A DNA stretch of 64,000 bases from Candidatus Obscuribacteraceae bacterium (GTDB lineage: Bacteria > Cyanobacteriota > Vampirovibrionia > Obscuribacterales > Obscuribacteraceae), in assembly GCA_044226015.1 (NCBI GenBank), contig JBGAHS010000002.1:787435-851434 (forward strand), in the 5' to 3' direction. How positions within the stretch are numbered: the first letter of the stretch is position 1; every line of letters starts with the position of its first letter. Made by a program: the position numbers and the translations under genes. Of the stretch, positions 27,669 through 37,016 are shown piece after piece. Under the pieces are notes generated by a model that saw only the letters and a program-made list of their open reading frames with translations, ran no database searches and had not been told where the DNA came from.

Positions 27669-29426
27669 TTGGTGAACACAATGAACAACGAGATCATTAA
27701 ATCTCTAGTAGATCTGGCCGTGCAGTCATTGCGCTCAATTGAGAATGAGCTGTTTGGCTCAAGACCCAACACGGCGCAGACACCACAGAGCCAATATCAG
27801 ACCACGTTCAACAGAAGCAATGGACGGGCACAAAGCAATAGGCGCACTAACAGCCGAAGAAGAACAGCACTCAATAGCAGCATTAGCAAAAGCAATGAAG
27901 AGGTAAGCAGCATGTTTGAATCACTAATAAATCAAACAGCTAATTCAAGTGAACAAGATTTCCGTCTGGCGATTCTCAACTCGTTGCTGCGCACACCACA
28001 CAGAGAGATCGAACCCTACATCCCTCTCTTTCGCTATGTGCATGACAGAGACCCTCTCTTCTTCGCGCACCTGGCTGTGTGGTACTTCGAAAACGGCACA
28101 GTGAGAGACTTGAAGCAACTTTTCGTCGCTTTTCTAGCTGTTTCAAAATTCTCAGACGAATTTCGCAGCGCCGGTGCAGCAATGCTACAAAAGATGGCAC
28201 CTTTCGAAGTAGAAAGAGTTCTTTCAATTATCAAAGGTCGCAAAACAAATGACGGAAAGAATGTCTCAGGTATTGTCGATACCGTACCACGTTCAGTGAA
28301 AACTACTATCGAACATTACTTGCGTGAACGCGAAAGCAATCGCGAAAATTTCGACCGTGTAGTTTTGCATGCACGCAAACCACTGAAAACACTTTATGCC
28401 TCACTGCGCATAAAGCCTGGTGAACACGCGCAGAAGGTGCTTTTCGACAATACTCCACCAGAGGACAGCAAACTATTTGCCCTCAAACTTATCGCAAAGA
28501 CTGATGACCCAACAGAGCAAGCAAAACTCATCGTTGAGCATGAGATTCCATACCGAGTGGCAATCTCAGGTTTGAAAAACGTGACACCTTCGGTTCTTAC
28601 AGCGCTTGTTTGCGCTATGACACCACAGGAGGTCATCAACAACCTTTCAAGCTTGCAAAAACGCGGGGCTATGCAAAACGAAGACTTGCGAAAAGTGATT
28701 GAATCAAAACTTGCCGATGCACAATCGGACAAGCGTGTTTCAGCTTTGAAAACCAGACAGGCACTTAAATCTGCAAATATCGATGAAAGCCTCGCTAAGA
28801 AAGTTGAGGCAGTCGGCGATAAGCAGATCAAAAACAAAGCCAAGATCAAAAAATCTACAGCATTATTGATCGATAAGTCTGGCTCGATGGAGATTGCAAT
28901 TGAAGTCGGTAAACAAACTGCGGCAATCATTGCACCAATTTGTGAAGCCGGTCTCTCTGTTTATGCTTTCGACACCATGTCTTACAAGATTGAACCTAAA
29001 ACAGGAAACAACTTATCTGATTGGGAGAAAGCATTCAAAGGCATCGCCGCTGGCGGTGGTACTTCGTGTGGTGTCTCAATCGAGGCGATGAGAAAACAAA
29101 AAGTAATTGCAGAGCAAATCATCATGGTCACCGACCAGGAAGAAAACAACCAGCCATACATGGCTACGGCTCTGCAAGCTTATGCAAATGAGTTCGGAGC
29201 AACTCCGGACATCATCATCGTGAACGTGGGACGCCACTCTCAGAGATTGGAGAAATCTCTAAGGCATGAGAACATCGCGGTCGACACCTTTGATTTCAAC
29301 GGCGACTACTACAGCTTGCCTAGCTTGCTGCCAATGCTTGCCGGTGGAACAAGGCTAGACTTGTTGATGGAAATCATGGATGTTCCATTGCCAGAACGCA
29401 GATTGCGCACACCTGCGATTGTGTGA
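27669..29426 (+). CDS. Ro60/TROVE-like helical domain plus vWA protein
   Basis: vWA MIDAS residues DKSGS...GGT...TD. The helical region has TROVE-like segments DPLFFAHLAVWY and MTPQEVINNL. Lies next to Y-like RNAs. Start may be 27669, 27681 or 27912. Confidence 0.78.
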   Translation: MVNTMNNEIIKSLVDLAVQSLRSIENELFGSRPNTAQTPQSQYQTTFNRSNGRAQSNRRTNSRRRTALNSSISKSNEEVSSMFESLINQTANSSEQDFRLAILNSLLRTPHREIEPYIPLFRYVHDRDPLFFAHLAVWYFENGTVRDLKQLFVAFLAVSKFSDEFRSAGAAMLQKMAPFEVERVLSIIKGRKTNDGKNVSGIVDTVPRSVKTTIEHYLRERESNRENFDRVVLHARKPLKTLYASLRIKPGEHAQKVLFDNTPPEDSKLFALKLIAKTDDPTEQAKLIVEHEIPYRVAISGLKNVTPSVLTALVCAMTPQEVINNLSSLQKRGAMQNEDLRKVIESKLADAQSDKRVSALKTRQALKSANIDESLAKKVEAVGDKQIKNKAKIKKSTALLIDKSGSMEIAIEVGKQTAAIIAPICEAGLSVYAFDTMSYKIEPKTGNNLSDWEKAFKGIAAGGGTSCGVSIEAMRKQKVIAEQIIMVTDQEENNQPYMATALQAYANEFGATPDIIIVNVGRHSQRLEKSLRHENIAVDTFDFNGDYYSLPSLLPMLAGGTRLDLLMEIMDVPLPERRLRTPAIV

Positions 29427-29535
29427 GCACGCCAACCAAGCGAACCAAAAGCGCTGCTCTTGCAAATAGCGAGAACAGCGCTGCGCTTGCTTCTGGTGCT
29501 CACCTGGTGGCGCCATCAGGCTTCTAGTTCCCTCC

Positions 29536-29563
29536 CACCTGGGAGCGCCTGCTTCAAGCAGGC
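29536..29563 (+). repeat. REP-like palindromic element
   Basis: CACCTGGGAGCGCCTGCTTCAAGCAGGC; related copies in reverse orientation at 49498..49525 and 49546..49573. Confidence 0.6.
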
Positions 29564-29570
29564 TTCTGAG

Positions 29571-30341
29571 CTAGAATTTTATTTCTTTCGGCTCTTGGTT
29601 GACTTTGACTTTGCGATCGGAACTGCCATCGCCTCTCCTTCCCGCAAACTTATCCATCAGCAGCGCCTTCTCGTCCGACGTTAGTTCTGGTCCAACTTTT
29701 TTCTGAAAATTGAGGTCTTTCTCCCAAAGCTTGCGGGCTTGCTCATCGTGAGGGAAGGCTAGCTTACTACTCAAGCGAGACGCTTCCTGCGGAGAAAGTG
29801 GCTCGCCTTTGCCGTACTGAGCTTTCAGGTCGCGCTCATGCAAAATACGGTAGGAGTCATCTTTGCTGTCAGGAAACGCCAGCTTACTGAAGAGTTTTGC
29901 GCGTTCTTCGCCCGTTAACTCAGGACCTTTCGCATCTGGGGGCTGAGACAACAAATCCTTCTCATGGAGCTTTCTATATGAAGCATCCTTCTCATCCGGA
30001 AACGCAAGCTTTCCATTTAATTTGGCATTATCCTCTTTACTGAGAGGTTCGCCAATGCCTCGATCAGCTTTCAATCTCCGCTCTGCAAGATCCCGAAATT
30101 CTCCATCCGCAGGGTTCGGGAAAGTCCTCCACCCATATAATTTCGCCGTCTCCTCATTGCTGAGCTTAGGACCTTGCCCAAGGTCTGAAAACCTCTCTTT
30201 ATCCGCAAGTTTGCTTATGTCCTCGGGTGGCGGATAAGTCTGCCGCTCGTTGTCCCTGAAAGCCGAACTTTCGCTTTGTTTTGGAGCATCGCTTCTTTCA
30301 GCTCCCGCGCTAGGCGCTGGATTTTCAACCCTATCTGCCAT
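29571..30341 (-). CDS. Hypothetical protein with about 4.5 copies of a 40-aa repeat
   Basis: Repeats of G(E/P)xL(S/T)xE(E/D)xAKLxxKLAFP...YRxLHE(K/R)DL; ATG at 30341 after GAGGA. Confidence 0.75.
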   Translation of the reverse strand: MADRVENPAPSAGAERSDAPKQSESSAFRDNERQTYPPPEDISKLADKERFSDLGQGPKLSNEETAKLYGWRTFPNPADGEFRDLAERRLKADRGIGEPLSKEDNAKLNGKLAFPDEKDASYRKLHEKDLLSQPPDAKGPELTGEERAKLFSKLAFPDSKDDSYRILHERDLKAQYGKGEPLSPQEASRLSSKLAFPHDEQARKLWEKDLNFQKKVGPELTSDEKALLMDKFAGRRGDGSSDRKVKVNQEPKEIKF

Positions 30342-30556
30342 AAGAACATCCTCAAGTCTGCTAAGGCTATTATCGACAAAAAAGCGCAAACCCAAACCTG
30401 GATCCGCCTTTTGCCCTTCTCCCATATATTTTCGGGATCGCGAAACTTTCCTGTCCCGTTCGTGTCTCTGTACCAAAGCCTCGTATGGCTATTCCGATCA
30501 TATGGCGCTAACGCTTAAAACGACACGGATATGGCATAATCCCGATAGGTGGCAGC

Positions 30557-32857
30557 TTGGAGAATCTACTCTCTTTGACAGACGCTCAAGAAATTAGAGC
30601 AGATAACGGTGAAGTCCAGGTTGGACAAATATTCGAAGGTCGCTTCGAAATTTTGTCTGTGTTGGGTCAGGGCGGCATGGGCATGGTCTATCGAGCCCGC
30701 CACACACACATGGACAAAATCGTTGCCATGAAAACTCTTGTGCAAGGCGCCGTCTATGATGACATCAGTTTCCTGCGCTTTGAACAAGAAGCACGCACCG
30801 CGGCATCATTAGAGCACCCAAACATCATCACGATTTACGATTTCGGGCGAACGAAACAGGGGCTCGCCTACCTTGTGATGGAATACATCAACGGTCCTAC
30901 ATTAGAAGATGTAATCGTCGAAATCGACAGCCTGCCGCTGCCTCGGTTCATGCGCATTTTCGGACAAGCTTGCGAAGGCATGCAGCATGCGCACAAAAAA
31001 GGAATCATTCATAGAGACTTGAAACCCAGCAATCTTATGCTCTACGACGCAGAAGATTTTGTTGATAAGGTGAAAATAGTAGACTTCGGACTTGCAAAGC
31101 TAGCTCAAGACGACACACAGAAGTTGACGCAGTCCGGCATGGTTATGGGAAGTCCGCTCTACATGAGCCCTGAACAGGGGCGGGGTGACGAACTCGATAC
31201 TCGATCTGACATTTACTCACTGGGATGCGTGATGTATGTTGCCTTGTCCGGTCATGTTCCGCTAAAAGGCAACAATTCAATGGCAACAATTTATAAGCAC
31301 ATCTCTGATGTGCCACCATTGATGTCACAGGTTGCACCAGACATTCACATTCCTCGGCGCTTAGAGCAGCTCGTGATGCGCACACTGGAAAAAGACCCTG
31401 CATTGCGGCCTCAAAGCATGGCTGAATTGCATTATGAAATGAACGAGGCGATAACATCTACCGACTCTACAAAACCAGTCGTGATGCCAACTGTACCGGC
31501 AGATTTGGGCAAGACGGTTCCAAGCGGGCATGGCATAAATGCTGCAAACATGGCGCACTTAGATTCGAAAGGGTCCGCGGGTGCTGGAGCTCAAGCGGGC
31601 GCTCAGACTGGAGGCGATCAAGCAAAGCCTCAATCATCGCATCAGCCGCCTCAGGCTAACGGACAGCCAACAAACAATTTCAAAATTATTCTTGGTGCAG
31701 CCGCAGTGGTGCTCCTTGGTTTTGCATTTATGCAGATGTCGTCCCACAACGGATCAGCCCCGCAATCTCAACCATCTAAAGCAATCGATTCCGCGACACA
31801 AAGCACGAATAATTCCAGTGCAAAGCAGAATGGCGAAACGAAATCTTCTGCACAAATTTCTGCTTCAACGAACAATACTTCGAACAACGATAGCTCCGGG
31901 AAAAACGCAACAGCAAGCTCCGGTCCTAGCCAGATCAAACCTGGCGACATGAACGCGACTCAAATAAGTTCCACATCTAAACCTGGAAACACAAAGCCAG
32001 AAAATTCTAAGCAATCATCAAGCAGCTCATCCACCTCAGCAACAGATTCCGCGAATAGTGCAGATTCAGTCGCGGCAGCTAAGGGGTCATCAGCAAATAG
32101 CTCAAAAGCTTCAGCTCCGACAAACGGCACACCGACACCAAAGGTGGTGCCAATAGCTTCAGCCAGCATTCCGTCTCAAATAAAGGGCGAACTTTCGACT
32201 GAAAAGTCCATGGCTCATAAGTTGGTGGCACAGTATGGCGCACAAGCAACTGCTGCACTAAAAGCAGGCGACCTCGATGAAGCACTTCCCTGGTTAGAAA
32301 AGCAACTGCAGCAAGAGCGCATTATATACGCAAGCGAAATCGACCCTCACATGATTGTCACGTTCGCTCAATTGATTCATGCCACACGTGGAGATCAGTT
32401 CGCTGAAGGCACAAAGCAAGCGCAATACCTCGAGCTGGCGCTCAAAGCCTTCGCGAAGGATAAGCAGACCGCCATCGCTTTTGTTGACTCAAAATCACAT
32501 TCATGGAAAATTTGGAAATCACTTGCTGATGCATGTTTTACAAAAGCAAATTTGCTGCCCGGACCATTCAAGCTAGCCTACCAAGAATGGGCAACGGTAT
32601 TTTACTCACTGGCAGAGTCCAAATATAACGGCGCTAAAGATCGCAATTATTTTGAAATGCTATCGAAGACTTACATTTGCGCGAAGAAAAGTGGCAATCT
32701 GGAACTTTGCGGAAAGGTAGGAGCAATTCTAAGCGCAAATGGACAACAGGTGCCCAGCGCACCAGACGAGATGCAGCGACGCTTGTTAAATCGACAGGGA
32801 CCGCTCAGAGAATTTGGCCGACGTTTCCGCAGACCAAATCTTGAGCGCCAGCAATAA
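30557..32857 (+). CDS. Membrane Ser/Thr protein kinase with Ser/Asn-rich linker
   Basis: GQGGMG, HRDLKPSN, DFG, YMSPE; transmembrane segment; low-complexity linker. Confidence 0.92.
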   Translation: MENLLSLTDAQEIRADNGEVQVGQIFEGRFEILSVLGQGGMGMVYRARHTHMDKIVAMKTLVQGAVYDDISFLRFEQEARTAASLEHPNIITIYDFGRTKQGLAYLVMEYINGPTLEDVIVEIDSLPLPRFMRIFGQACEGMQHAHKKGIIHRDLKPSNLMLYDAEDFVDKVKIVDFGLAKLAQDDTQKLTQSGMVMGSPLYMSPEQGRGDELDTRSDIYSLGCVMYVALSGHVPLKGNNSMATIYKHISDVPPLMSQVAPDIHIPRRLEQLVMRTLEKDPALRPQSMAELHYEMNEAITSTDSTKPVVMPTVPADLGKTVPSGHGINAANMAHLDSKGSAGAGAQAGAQTGGDQAKPQSSHQPPQANGQPTNNFKIILGAAAVVLLGFAFMQMSSHNGSAPQSQPSKAIDSATQSTNNSSAKQNGETKSSAQISASTNNTSNNDSSGKNATASSGPSQIKPGDMNATQISSTSKPGNTKPENSKQSSSSSSTSATDSANSADSVAAAKGSSANSSKASAPTNGTPTPKVVPIASASIPSQIKGELSTEKSMAHKLVAQYGAQATAALKAGDLDEALPWLEKQLQQERIIYASEIDPHMIVTFAQLIHATRGDQFAEGTKQAQYLELALKAFAKDKQTAIAFVDSKSHSWKIWKSLADACFTKANLLPGPFKLAYQEWATVFYSLAESKYNGAKDRNYFEMLSKTYICAKKSGNLELCGKVGAILSANGQQVPSAPDEMQRRLLNRQGPLREFGRRFRRPNLERQQ

Positions 32858-32996
32858 TCGCGGCTCGCTCAACGCCAGGGCGGCGCGCCAGCAAGGTTAT
32901 GTGGGATGATTTCGTAAAATTTCCTGCCGCCCAATTGCAAAGAGGCGCCTTTTTGGCGTACAATGGGTAAAGCACAGTAAGGCAAGCAGGTGCGCA

Positions 32997-33290
32997 ATGG
33001 CAGTCAAGAAAAAAGCGAAGAAAGAGGCAATAGAGCGGCTTGCTATGCGAGTCCCCTCCGCTCTCAAGGAAAAATACACGCGTGCAGCCGAGCTGCGCGG
33101 GGAGACTTTTAGCGGCTGGGCCAAGCATGTGCTTGACGAGGCAGCCGAAAAACAGCTCCGCGAGCATGAGTTTACAGATATGGCGCTTGCTGATCGTATT
33201 GCCTTCATGGAGAGTGTACTCTCGCCGCCTAAGCCAGCACAAGCAGCGGTACAGGCGGCAAAGCGGTACAAGAAAGTATTCGGTCTCTAG
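32997..33290 (+). CDS. DUF1778/TacA-type RHH antitoxin
   Basis: ERLAMRVPSALKEKYTRAAELRGET...FMESVLSPPKP; abuts a GNAT gene. Confidence 0.85.
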   Translation: MAVKKKAKKEAIERLAMRVPSALKEKYTRAAELRGETFSGWAKHVLDEAAEKQLREHEFTDMALADRIAFMESVLSPPKPAQAAVQAAKRYKKVFGL

Positions 33291-33851
33291 TTGCAAACTG
33301 AGCTTACTTTTAACCCAATTGAGGCGCTTGACCCCAAACGCCACAACCGGAACGCATTTACTTGTGGAGTAAAGCAGCTTGATGTTTTCATCCAGCAGAA
33401 AGCGCGTAAGGAAGCGCCCGATCTTTCGCTGACTTTTGTGCTTACCTGCCGCGAGGAGCCTGGAGAAATCCTGGGCTTCTACAGCTTGAGCGCGACTAAA
33501 CTCAAGGCGGATGATTTGTCTGCGGAGTTGAAAAAAAAGATCGCGCAGTACGGTTGTGTACCAGCAACCCTGCTCGGCCGGCTCGCTACTGCGATCAAAT
33601 ACCAGCGGAACAAGCAGCTGCGTATCGGCGAAATGCTCCTCATTGATGCCATGTTAAGAACCCATCTCGCTGCCCGTCAGGTCGCATCTTTTGGATTGAT
33701 CGTCGACGTGTTGAAGACGGAAGCATCCGACCCGACCGGATTCTACCGCCGTTACGGATTCATTGATTGCCAACAGTCTACCGATCGAATGTACATGCCA
33801 ATGAAAACAATTGAAGATACCCTGCGCGAAGCCGCTATTACTGGCGGTTAG
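33291..33851 (+). CDS. GNAT acetyltransferase toxin (AtaT/TacT-like)
   Basis: HNRNAFTCGVKQLD, ILGFYSL, VPATLLGRLA, IGEMLLIDA, FYRRYGF. Confidence 0.88.
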   Translation: MQTELTFNPIEALDPKRHNRNAFTCGVKQLDVFIQQKARKEAPDLSLTFVLTCREEPGEILGFYSLSATKLKADDLSAELKKKIAQYGCVPATLLGRLATAIKYQRNKQLRIGEMLLIDAMLRTHLAARQVASFGLIVDVLKTEASDPTGFYRRYGFIDCQQSTDRMYMPMKTIEDTLREAAITGG

Positions 33852-34136
33852 TCGTAGCCCGAGTCGTTTTCATCCGATTCGTTTTCATCCGATTCGTCTT
33901 CATCTGGTGATTCAAGCGGCGGGAGATTGTTGAGCGGCGGACCGCCAAGCGACTCGCGAACATCTTTTGAAAATCCTACCTCCAACGAACAGGACAATCG
34001 GATTCAGCTATCAAAACCTTTATTGACGAAACAAGAAAAATACTTGAATAGGTGACGGAAAGAGGAAGCATAAGCTCCCTCTTTCCTTGATCTAGTGACA
34101 ATGATTAGTGCGTCGTGAATTTGAGAAACACTAGAA

Positions 34137-34769
34137 TTAGCGTTTTTTGCGGAAATCATCCATGCTTATTTTCGTTCCTTCGAACTTCGGTACCGTGTAT
34201 ACAGCAGTGCCCTTATCGACGAGTGGATAAATTTTCAAAATGTCTGTGTTGTTGTGTCGCATGCAGCCATGGCTGACACTTCTGCCGATCTGATCTGGAC
34301 GATTGGTTCCATGCAAACCAAAATTGGTGCCATCGAGGCGAATAAATGCAAGACCGATAGGATTGCGCGGGTTCTCTTTGAACGGTGCGACAGGCTTGCC
34401 ACCAATGCTCTTTGGAGGATACCAAATGGGGTCGAGGCGCTTGTCAGAGACTTCCCAGCGTTGGAATGGTGTTGGTGTCGATGATTTGCCAACTGCATTG
34501 GAGACTGTAAGAACATCTTCAATCTGCCCGTTCTTCAGTTGCAGAACATGCGTTTTGTGAGCGCTCTGATCAACTATAACGACCGAGGGGAGCGAACGAT
34601 CAGCTTCGCCTTTTGGAACAGCGTTCGACAAAGTGACTTTCTCTGCCGGTGGCGCAGATTGTGCGGCTCTCGCCACAGTGGTAGTCCAGTCTGATTTATC
34701 CAAAGATTGAATTAACGCGCCGATAGCGTCATTGTTAGACGCCTGCGCTTTTACCGCAGCCTTTTCCAT
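34137..34769 (-). CDS. L,D-transpeptidase (YkuD family)
   Basis: GLHGT...SHGCMR catalytic motif. Confidence 0.9.
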   Translation of the reverse strand: MEKAAVKAQASNNDAIGALIQSLDKSDWTTTVARAAQSAPPAEKVTLSNAVPKGEADRSLPSVVIVDQSAHKTHVLQLKNGQIEDVLTVSNAVGKSSTPTPFQRWEVSDKRLDPIWYPPKSIGGKPVAPFKENPRNPIGLAFIRLDGTNFGLHGTNRPDQIGRSVSHGCMRHNNTDILKIYPLVDKGTAVYTVPKFEGTKISMDDFRKKR

Positions 34770-34967
34770 TTTGCAACCTTCCCTTAAACACCGCGCTGCC
34801 ACGCGGGATCCTGCCAGATGAGATTACTATAAGCTTCGTCGCCAACGTTGTCATTGGGGAAATTCCCATGGTCCCCGAGGCGACCCGGGGCGCTGATCCC
34901 TCCGTCCTCTGGGAGCCCGCCATCTGTTATAGGTGAGGCATTACAACTACCTGATCTCAAAATGAAC

Positions 34968-35005
34968 CTTGTGGGATTTTCCCACTTGTTTTTCATTCCC
35001 ACAAG
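34968..35005. promoter_or_regulatory. Inverted-repeat operator candidate for the TA pair
   Basis: CTTGTGGGA...TCCCACAAG plus an internal GTGGGA-ttt-TCCCAC, directly upstream of the antitoxin. Confidence 0.5.
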
Positions 35006-35038
35006 AGTTAGAGTGAAAATAGTGCGCGGGAAAGAAAA

Positions 35039-35308
35039 ATGGATTGGATTGACACCGGCAGAGAATCTGAACCAGATAGCAAAAAACGAGTTTGCTTAGG
35101 GTCGGCTGTGTCAGAAAACAAGGTCAGGTACAGGATCATGAAAAACAAGTTGGGACAGATTCTGCTAGACCCCGTTAAATCCGTTCCCGCCTACGAAGCG
35201 TGGGTTTGGGAAAATCCGGAAATAATCGCAGCCTTTAACCGCAGCGTTTTACAAGCTGAAAAAGGAGAGACCACTGAAATTGATCTTTCAGAATTCGAGG
35301 ATGATTAG
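35039..35308 (+). CDS. Putative antitoxin (AbrB/MazE-like N-terminus)
   Basis: DSKKRVCL motif, WVWENPE...AEKG region and acidic tail; 3 nt upstream of the toxin. Confidence 0.65.
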   Translation: MDWIDTGRESEPDSKKRVCLGSAVSENKVRYRIMKNKLGQILLDPVKSVPAYEAWVWENPEIIAAFNRSVLQAEKGETTEIDLSEFEDD

Positions 35309-35311
35309 AGA

Positions 35312-35674
35312 GTGCAGTTTCGACTCGCCTACACCCAAGAGGCTATGCGCCAATTCAGAGAGCTTCAGCAAGATAAGAATCAAGAGAAGAGATTCAAAGC
35401 TGTCGTAAAAGCTTTGCGTTTTCTGACAGAAAACCCCAAGCATCCATCACTAAATACTCACAAGTTCGAATCGCTAATAGGTCCAGCTGGAGTAGAGGTG
35501 TTTGAGGCTTACGCCGAAGATAAGACAGCAGGCGCTTATAGAATATTTTGGTGCTATTATCCGCCGCGGAAAGCAAAAACATCTAAGAGCCAATCTCGAA
35601 AAACGGGTTTGGATAAGCAGGCAGAAGATAGACCCACAATAACAATCTTAGCAATCACCGCGCATCCAGATTAG
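35312..35674 (+). CDS. RelE/ParE-superfamily toxin
   Basis: NPKHPSLNTH, AYRIFW, ITILAITAH. Confidence 0.75.
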   Translation: MQFRLAYTQEAMRQFRELQQDKNQEKRFKAVVKALRFLTENPKHPSLNTHKFESLIGPAGVEVFEAYAEDKTAGAYRIFWCYYPPRKAKTSKSQSRKTGLDKQAEDRPTITILAITAHPD

Positions 35675-35783
35675 ACCTCGAATCACGAATGCTCAATTCG
35701 AACAAGGTAAGATGCCTCCTGATGATCGCCACAAACCGCGACTCACATAATTGGTATGATCATTACTCTTCTGAGGAAACTGT

Positions 35784-36449
35784 ATGCCAGCAGCCAGACC
35801 TGACGGAAAAATACTTTCCATATGCGTGAGCAAGCCCAAGACGGTCTTGTTCGATGGAGAGTATGTAAGCACTGGAATTTTCAAAGAGCCTGTTGAAGGC
35901 AAAATTGAGCTACGAAAGCTCAACCTCGAAGGCGATGAACAGGCGGACCTCACAGTGCATGGCGGACCAGACAAAGCAGTCTACGCCTACCCCTCCGAGC
36001 ACTACCCATGGTGGCAGCAAAAGTTACCAGAGTTCGATTTTCCCTTTGGCAAATTTGGCGAGAATTTCACAACCGAAGGACTTCTCGAAAAAGATGTCTG
36101 CATAGGCGACGAGTTTCAGGTCGGAACCGCGACAATAAAAGTCTCGCAACCACGATTGCCCTGCTACAAACTTGGTGTTAGATTCGGACGCAACGATATA
36201 ATCAAGACATTCTTGCAGAGCGGTTTTAGCGGCATATACTTCTCAGTGATAAAAGAAGGACAGGTTTCCGCCGGAGACAACATCATATTCTTGCGTGATG
36301 ACGGACTTGAAATACGCGTTCAGGATGTAGCAAATTTATTCAACGGAAAGAAAGCTCGCGAACCAGAATACATTCAACGATGCTTAAGTTCGCAGCTTGC
36401 GGAACAAATGAAGATGTTCATCAGATCAAGCGTAGCAAGGCATTCCTAA
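35784..36449 (+). CDS. MOSC-domain protein (YiiM-like)
   Basis: GDEQADLTVHGGPDKAV, FGEN, QPRLPCYK. Confidence 0.9.
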   Translation: MPAARPDGKILSICVSKPKTVLFDGEYVSTGIFKEPVEGKIELRKLNLEGDEQADLTVHGGPDKAVYAYPSEHYPWWQQKLPEFDFPFGKFGENFTTEGLLEKDVCIGDEFQVGTATIKVSQPRLPCYKLGVRFGRNDIIKTFLQSGFSGIYFSVIKEGQVSAGDNIIFLRDDGLEIRVQDVANLFNGKKAREPEYIQRCLSSQLAEQMKMFIRSSVARHS

Positions 36450-36473
36450 CAACTAAAAACCAGAAGATACAGC

Positions 36474-36950
36474 ATGACGAATAGTCCTCAAAAAATCATC
36501 CCGCCGTTCACCCTGGAAAGCGCCAAACAGAAAGTGCGCGCGGCAGAAAATGCCTGGAACTCGTGCGACCCCGATAGAGTGAGCCACGCTTACACAGAAG
36601 ATTGCAAATGGAGAAACCGTGCAGAATTTTTTCAAGGGCGCACAGCAATCGTAGAATTCCTGAAGCGAAAATGGGCGCGAGAACTCGATTATCGCCTGAT
36701 TAAAGAGCTGTGGGCACATGATGGCAATCGCATCGCAGTTCGCTTTGCCTATGAGTGGCATGATGATTCTGGAAATTGGTTCCGCTCGTATGGAAATGAG
36801 AATTGGGAATTCAACGATGAAGGAATAATGACTCATCGACATGCATCCATCAATGATGTGCCTATCAAAGAATCAGAACGCCAATTCTTGTGGGATCGCT
36901 CAGCACCACGCCCACAAGAGCATCCAGAACTTAGTGAACTTGGCTTGTGA
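36474..36950 (+). CDS. DUF1348 NTF2/SnoaL-like protein
   Basis: [34 protein letters not shown]. Confidence 0.9.
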   Translation: MTNSPQKIIPPFTLESAKQKVRAAENAWNSCDPDRVSHAYTEDCKWRNRAEFFQGRTAIVEFLKRKWARELDYRLIKELWAHDGNRIAVRFAYEWHDDSGNWFRSYGNENWEFNDEGIMTHRHASINDVPIKESERQFLWDRSAPRPQEHPELSELGL

Positions 36951-37016
36951 TGCTTGGTTCATAATTTCCGCGCCGCAGGCAACGTATGCGCACGGTACGC
37001 GGTAGAATGTGTCCAG

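Noticed and set aside
34784..34930. Possible c-di-AMP riboswitch or small ORF upstream of the L,D-transpeptidase
   Set aside because: The region is GC-rich, but I could not match the ydaO consensus and neither candidate ORF has independent support.
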